55,246 nucleotides of DNA, from IMG/VR virus record IMGVR_UViG_3300045988_088672; one strand, given 5' to 3'. Positions 51,654 through 55,246 of this stretch are shown in pieces. Within the stretch, counting starts at the first letter, position 1; every line of letters starts with the position of its first letter. The DNA is from a virus. The notes beneath the pieces were generated by a model that worked only from the letters and a program-made list of their open reading frames with translations, had not been told where the DNA came from and ran no database searches. Position numbers and translations under genes: made by a program.

Positions 51654-52154
51654 ATGAATAACTTATTTGCATGGGCCTCTGTTGGAGAAAATGGAAAAGC
51701 AACAGGAGGAAAAAAAGGAGACCAAACGAAGAAAGAAGTTAAAGTTGCACCTTACTACAACTTCGGACAGACGTGGGTTATAAGATTTCGAAGTACCTCA
51801 AGAGGAAAGAAAGCAGGAAAAGCCGCTAAACTTTTAGCCAACAATGACAATATCGGCTATAATCAAGGTGACAGAGTTTCCTTGTATACTGAATGCGAAA
51901 AAATAAACTGGGATATAGAAAGAATCAACGAGATTAGAAAGTGCAATTGCGATTGCTCCCTTTTAGTTGTATGTGCAGTCAACTTTGCTTATGGAAAAAG
52001 AAAATTGAGTTCCGGGTATACCACTCATATTCTTCCGTCCATCTGCAAGTCTTTTAGTAAGAATTTTAAACGGGCAGATAACTCTTTAAAAACAAAGAAA
52101 TTCAAGAAAGGGGATATGGTCGGAAAATCCGGTCATGTTATAATCAATGTTTGA
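51654..52154 (+). CDS. NlpC/P60-like (papain-fold) cell-wall hydrolase, putative endolysin
   Basis: CDCSLLV resembles the DCSG-type nucleophile motif and GDMVGKSGHVIINV resembles the His motif. ATG 51654 follows AAAGGAGAA. Confidence 0.5.
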   Translation: MNNLFAWASVGENGKATGGKKGDQTKKEVKVAPYYNFGQTWVIRFRSTSRGKKAGKAAKLLANNDNIGYNQGDRVSLYTECEKINWDIERINEIRKCNCDCSLLVVCAVNFAYGKRKLSSGYTTHILPSICKSFSKNFKRADNSLKTKKFKKGDMVGKSGHVIINV

Positions 52155-52350
52155 ATCGATAATCGCATCACTAATGACAGGAGGGTTGACTCTTCTTGGA
52201 GTCATATATACAGTAAGAAAGCAACATGATGTGACAGTTGAAGAGCTTAGATTTGAGATACGAACGATAAAAAAGATATTAAAGAACTTGAAACTAAACA
52301 AGATAAACATAATCAAGTGGTTGAAAGAGTATACGAGCTGGAAAAAGTAG
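52147..52350 (+). CDS. N-terminal-TM lysis-cassette protein (zero-frame 67-aa product; candidate -1 frameshift extension to 52421)
   Basis: The TM segment is IIASLMTGGLTLLGVIY. A_AAA_AAG lies in frame at 52269-52275. The -1 frame stays open for 48 further codons of coiled-coil-like sequence. Confidence 0.6.
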   Translation: MFESIIASLMTGGLTLLGVIYTVRKQHDVTVEELRFEIRTIKKILKNLKLNKINIIKWLKEYTSWKK

Positions 52351-52413
52351 CAGAAGTTTTGGAAGAAAGACAGAAAACAGCAAATCATAGAATTGATGAT
52401 TTAGAAAGAAAGG

Positions 52414-52650
52414 ATGATTAAGATGAATTTTAAATTGAATGACAAGGTTTACAATTTCTTAAAATGGCTAGCAATGATTGTTATGCCGGCAATCGGATCT
52501 CTATACTTTGGACTTTCAGGAATATGGGGATTTCCATACGCAGAACAAATTGTCGGAACGATAACTCTTGTAGATACGTTCCTTGGTGCCTTGCTTGGTA
52601 TCAGCACAGCAAGTTATAACAAAAGGAGTGAATCAAATGGACGGAGATAG
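52414..52650 (+). CDS. Holin (Dp-1-family-like, two TM)
   Basis: YNFLKWLAMIVMPAIGSLYFGLSGIWGFPYAEQIVGTITLVDTFLGALLGIS matches the Dp-1-type holin pattern. The start could instead be ATG 52423. Confidence 0.6.
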   Translation: MIKMNFKLNDKVYNFLKWLAMIVMPAIGSLYFGLSGIWGFPYAEQIVGTITLVDTFLGALLGISTASYNKRSESNGRR

Positions 52651-52873
52651 ATTGGCATTAGAGTTGTTAAGAGAGCTAAAATCCACGTGCAAAAGATGGT
52701 TTATTCTGTTCATCATAACATTGATTCTTCTATTTGCTACCAACTTGGTATGGTTGTATGCTTGGAATCTTCCGGCGGAGACTTCAACAGAATCATATGA
52801 TATTGATTCAGAAGACAATGGAAATGCGGTTTATAATAATTCGGGAGAGATGAATGTTAATGGCGAGAATTAG
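52637..52873 (+). CDS. Single-TM membrane protein (holin- or lysis-accessory-like)
   Basis: ORF track 52583..52873. ATG 52637 is preferred because it follows AAAGGAG. The TM segment is WFILFIITLILLFATNLVWLYAW. Confidence 0.55.
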   Translation: MDGDRLALELLRELKSTCKRWFILFIITLILLFATNLVWLYAWNLPAETSTESYDIDSEDNGNAVYNNSGEMNVNGEN

Positions 52874-52948
52874 AATCGTGAAAACCACAACAAAAAGAGG
52901 AAGGAGAAGCCGACCGACGAACCCAAGACCAAAGAGAGGTAGAAGAAG

Positions 52949-53149
52949 ATGATTATATCGGATTTTACTTCCGATGAACTGGAATTTTTTAGAAAAAGAT
53001 GTAATTTTGTTAATTTCGAAAAGCAAATCTTCGAACGAAGAGCGAAAGGTGTTTCCTTACAACAAATTGCAGAAGATCTGGATATCTCGTACGATTATGC
53101 AAGATACCTAAGCCGGAAAGTTAATAAGAAGATAATAAAAGTTCTATAA
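52949..53149 (+). CDS. Sigma-70 region-4-like / LuxR-type HTH small regulator
   Basis: EKQIFERRAKGVSLQQIAEDLDISYDYARYLSRKV resembles sigma region 4.2 or ArpU/Xpf-type late regulators. Confidence 0.5.
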   Translation: MIISDFTSDELEFFRKRCNFVNFEKQIFERRAKGVSLQQIAEDLDISYDYARYLSRKVNKKIIKVL

Positions 53150-53154
53150 CACAA

Positions 53155-53197
53155 AAATAACACAATCTTTACATTGAGATTGTGTTATTTTTATTTT
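53155..53197 (+). terminator. Strong rho-independent terminator
   Basis: A 13-bp perfect stem pairs AAATAACACAATC with GATTGTGTTATTT and is followed by a T-rich run. Confidence 0.85.
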
Positions 53198-53202
53198 ATA
53201 AT
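53174..53202 (+). promoter_or_regulatory. Putative promoter overlapping the terminator (TTGAGA-17-TATAAT)
   Basis: TTGAGA 53174-53179, 17-bp spacer, TATAAT 53197-53202. Confidence 0.45.
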
Positions 53203-53242
53203 TTATTTATAAAATATTTAGTAGATAAAGGAGGGAAAATAT

Positions 53243-53533
53243 ATGAGATTGAAGAACATATTAAATGATTCAGAAATCCAAGATATTCCTATCCTATATG
53301 TGTTGAGAGTGATAACCGCCGTTCAGAAGGAGATTATAAATGAAGAATCCAGTGCTATTTGTACGAGGTTATCTGAAAGTTATCACGAATTAAGGAGTGA
53401 TTTATATGTTTCAGAACCCGTACGCAAGTTTGATGCCACAAAATCAATTTTATCCACAAAATATGAACATGAACAATCAACAAATAATGCCGCAAGAACA
53501 GCCACAGAATCTTATAAGGGTAAATGGTATTGA
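53243..53533 (+). CDS. Hypothetical protein (3' part overlaps the next ORF in another frame)
   Basis: ORF track, 96 aa. Strong SD AAAGGAGGG. The last ~43 codons overlap the ORF starting at 53406. Confidence 0.45.
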   Translation: MRLKNILNDSEIQDIPILYVLRVITAVQKEIINEESSAICTRLSESYHELRSDLYVSEPVRKFDATKSILSTKYEHEQSTNNAARTATESYKGKWY

Positions 53534-53741
53534 TGGGGCAAAAGCATATCAAATGAATGCTAATTCTACTGTTGCTTTGTTTAAATTCGATGAAGTGACT
53601 GAAACTACAAAGAGCGAAGAAAAGCAAGATTATATAAGCAGGAAAGAATTTGAAGAATTTAAGAAGGAGCTGATGAACAATGGCAAGCAGTCTATTCAAC
53701 GGTCAAAATCAAACCTCACAGATAAATCCTCAAGTAATTAG
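53406..53741 (+). CDS. Hypothetical Q/N-rich protein
   Basis: ORF track 53397..53741. ATG 53406 is preferred because it follows AAGGAGTG. The N-terminus is MFQNPYASLMPQNQFYPQNMNMNNQQIMPQEQPQN. Confidence 0.55.
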   Translation: MFQNPYASLMPQNQFYPQNMNMNNQQIMPQEQPQNLIRVNGIDGAKAYQMNANSTVALFKFDEVTETTKSEEKQDYISRKEFEEFKKELMNNGKQSIQRSKSNLTDKSSSN

Positions 53742-53892
53742 TCAAGCAAAATCCATGATGAAGAATATGAATCAAATAAAAGGAATTATGGGAATGTTAA
53801 GTGGTAAAGGAATGAATCCTGAACAAGCAGTTCGTTCCATATGTAAGGAAAGAGGCATAGATGTAGACGCTTTTATGTCTCAACTTAAATAG
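53680..53892 (+). CDS. Hypothetical small protein
   Basis: ORF track, 70 aa. It overlaps the preceding ORF by 62 nt. Confidence 0.45.
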   Translation: MASSLFNGQNQTSQINPQVISQAKSMMKNMNQIKGIMGMLSGKGMNPEQAVRSICKERGIDVDAFMSQLK

Positions 53893-53939
53893 GAATTTGC
53901 AAATTCAAATAAATTAAAAAATGAAAGGAGAATACTATA

Positions 53940-54551
53940 ATGACAGATGGAGTATCTTTAGCAGACATTGCCGCAGTCACCGATAATAAAGATGGTATGT
54001 TCGGTGGTGCAGGTGGTGGCGGAATGTGGATTTTCGCACTTTTAATCCTCTTGCTTATTGGCGGAGGTGGTTTCTTTGGGGGAGCCAGAAATGTAAATGG
54101 AGAACCAGTTACAGAGGCAGGTCTTTGTAATGCCATGAATTTCAATAACCTTGAGAATGCAGTTGGTAGACTGAATGACAATCTTCAGCACGACTATCAT
54201 GGATTACAGAATGGTATCTGTAACCTTGGATATGAAACACTAAGAAACTTCAACACAGTTCAGCAACAGGTTGCAGATTGTTGCTGTACAACACAGAGAG
54301 CTATCGATGATGTAAACTATAACGGTGCTATCAACACAGCGGCTATCAACGCAAACACAACAGCACAGACACAGAAGATTCTTGATGCTATGGCACAGAA
54401 TAAGATTGAGAGCTTGCAGGCACAGGTCAACCAGCTTCAGCTTCAGTCAGCTATGTGTGGTGTAATTAGATATCCTAATGCAACCACATACACAGCAGGT
54501 ATGAGCCCTTGCTGGAGTAACCCATGTTGCAATAACGGAGTTAATATTTAG
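53940..54551 (+). CDS. Gly-rich single-TM, Cys-rich coiled-coil protein
   Basis: GGAGGGGMWIFALLILLLIGGGGFFGG forms the TM segment. Cys clusters are CCCTT and CWSNPCC. A Q/N-rich heptad tract is present. Confidence 0.6.
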   Translation: MTDGVSLADIAAVTDNKDGMFGGAGGGGMWIFALLILLLIGGGGFFGGARNVNGEPVTEAGLCNAMNFNNLENAVGRLNDNLQHDYHGLQNGICNLGYETLRNFNTVQQQVADCCCTTQRAIDDVNYNGAINTAAINANTTAQTQKILDAMAQNKIESLQAQVNQLQLQSAMCGVIRYPNATTYTAGMSPCWSNPCCNNGVNI

Positions 54552-54558
54552 TCATTTA

Positions 54559-54607
54559 GACAAGGTTTGAAATATTAGAGGAATGCCTTGTCGGTGTTCC
54601 TCTTTTT
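54559..54607 (+). terminator. Terminator with an overlapping alternative (anti-terminator-like) hairpin
   Basis: The terminator is AGAGGAA(54577-83)/TTCCTCT(54597-603) plus TTTT. The alternative helix is GACAAGG(54559-65)/CCTTGTC(54586-92). The two share bases and exclude each other. Confidence 0.55.
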
Positions 54608-54627
54608 AATTGAAAGGAGATAATAAT

Positions 54628-55047
54628 ATGAGTTGTAAATCAGGAATATATGTTGTAAATACTACAACAGGAACATCTATTGGTATCGGCGGTACTTATG
54701 TACCTTCTACAATAATTAGACGTTATGGGAAGTATTGTCAGTTAGGCGGAAATGGTATATCAATCGGAAATTGTGCCGGAGGCGCTGGTTACTATGATGT
54801 AGATGCTTCTGTATCTGTTGCCGCTACTGCCGTAGGAAATATGACAGCCACATTATACAAAGATGGAGCACCAGTTCAAGGAGCAACAGCCAGTGCAACA
54901 GCAACAGCAATAGGTGATATTGTAGCACTTCCTATATCCGCACTTGTAAGATTAAACTGTGATTGTGATACAGCTAATCTTACAATAGTTATTGGAGGTC
55001 AGGCAGTAACTGCTCAAAATCTTGCATTTGTAGTTGAGAAAATCTAA
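54628..55047 (+). CDS. BclA C-terminal-domain-like (C1q/TNF-like jelly-roll) protein
   Basis: GYYDVDASVSVAATAVGNMTATLYKDGAPVQGAT...LTIVIGGQAVTAQNLAFVVEKI parallels the BclA C-terminal domain (GFYKITVIANTATASVLGGLTIQVNGVPVPGTG...SASIIIEKVA). No collagen repeats. ATG 54628 follows AAAGGAG. Confidence 0.5.
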   Translation: MSCKSGIYVVNTTTGTSIGIGGTYVPSTIIRRYGKYCQLGGNGISIGNCAGGAGYYDVDASVSVAATAVGNMTATLYKDGAPVQGATASATATAIGDIVALPISALVRLNCDCDTANLTIVIGGQAVTAQNLAFVVEKI

Positions 55048-55246
55048 TGGATGATAGACAATTTGATATATTAGACATATTAAATATATTGTCTTTTATC
55101 ATAGGGGTTAAAAATATAAATGAGAACTTATCTCAAAATACTGCCGGAGATTTATTATCTGCGGCAGTTAAAGAGATACATGAACATTTATCCGAACAGG
55201 ACAGAAAGATTGATTTAATTCTAAAAAAGTTAGGAGTTGATTATAA
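55047..55246 (+). CDS. Hypothetical protein, 5' part (continues across the genome junction to position 133)
   Basis: ATG overlaps the preceding stop (TAATG). Translation starts MDDRQFDILDILNILSFIIGVKNINENLSQNTAGDLLSAAVKEIHEHLSEQDRKIDLILKKLGVDY... The window ends mid-codon. Confidence 0.5.
   Translation, partial: MDDRQFDILDILNILSFIIGVKNINENLSQNTAGDLLSAAVKEIHEHLSEQDRKIDLILKKLGVDY
55148..55246. repeat. Terminal direct repeat, copy 2 (identical to 1..99)
   Basis: Read directly from the sequence. Confidence 0.95.

Noticed and set aside
53450-53458. Perfect DnaA box TTATCCACA inside the 53406 ORF
   Set aside because: It is a single isolated occurrence within coding sequence, which chance can explain. 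It is not treated as part of a cluster.
1-55246. Stop-codon reassignment or a suppressor tRNA, as seen in some gut phages
   Set aside because: Long uninterrupted ORFs with recognisable motifs read through under the standard code. All three stop codons terminate genes at sensible boundaries. Neither canonical tRNA has a stop-complementary anticodon.
1-55246. Prophage or lysogeny features (integrase, attP, CI/Cro switch)
   Set aside because: No tyrosine or serine recombinase motifs, no divergent repressor pair and no minus-strand genes were found. The only HTH candidates are small plus-strand early proteins. A lytic lifestyle is inferred but not proven.

Overview
The window is a complete genome of a tailed dsDNA phage: about 55,147 bp unique plus a 99-bp exact terminal overlap (1..99 = 55148..55246). 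The host is probably a low-GC Firmicute, likely a Clostridia-type spore former. Support for that host guess: AT-rich sequence, GGAGG Shine-Dalgarno sites, a sporulation-type sigma factor, a Dp-1-type holin and a BclA-like domain. All supported genes are on the + strand, and the minus-strand ORFs in the track look like shadow ORFs.

Gene order:
- Small early genes and an SNF2 helicase (1-5.4 kb).
- Replication module (5.6-14.8 kb): initiator with internal iterons, DnaC-like loader, DnaB helicase, DnaG primase, three tRNA or tRNA-like genes, an SSB-like protein, DUF4406 and family-A DNA polymerase.
- DNA-modification or anti-restriction-looking operon (14.9-19 kb): DxD glycosyltransferase-like protein, DEAD-box helicase and N4/N6 DNA methyltransferase.
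- Beta sliding clamp and a three-subunit clamp loader (19-25.7 kb), interspersed with an ArdC-N-like protein, a resolvase-like nuclease and an NrdR zinc-ribbon-only protein.
- Recombination module (26-31 kb): Cas4-like nuclease, RuvC-like resolvase, RecA and many Cys-rich small proteins.
- Sigma factor with a translationally coupled MazF/EndoA-like toxin (31.6-32.5 kb).
- SPP1-like packaging, head and long-tail module (33.7-51.6 kb).
- Lysis cassette (51.6-52.9 kb).
- Terminal accessory island (53.2 kb through the junction to 0.75 kb).

No integrase, repressor/Cro pair or partition genes are visible, so the phage looks virulent.

Main things worth follow-up:
- A family of near-identical promoter/leader cassettes, each behind a terminator.
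- Iterons inside the initiator gene, and a dense DnaA-box cluster in the middle of the head module.
- A tRNA-like gene with a grossly expanded anticodon arm.
- An in-frame A_AAA_AAG -1 frameshift site in a lysis-cassette membrane protein.
- An orphan MazF toxin coupled to the phage sigma factor, together with UACAU motifs between SD and AUG in early leaders.
- A clamp and clamp-loader set with no C-family polymerase.

All family assignments come from motif-level reading of the translated ORFs. No database search was run.
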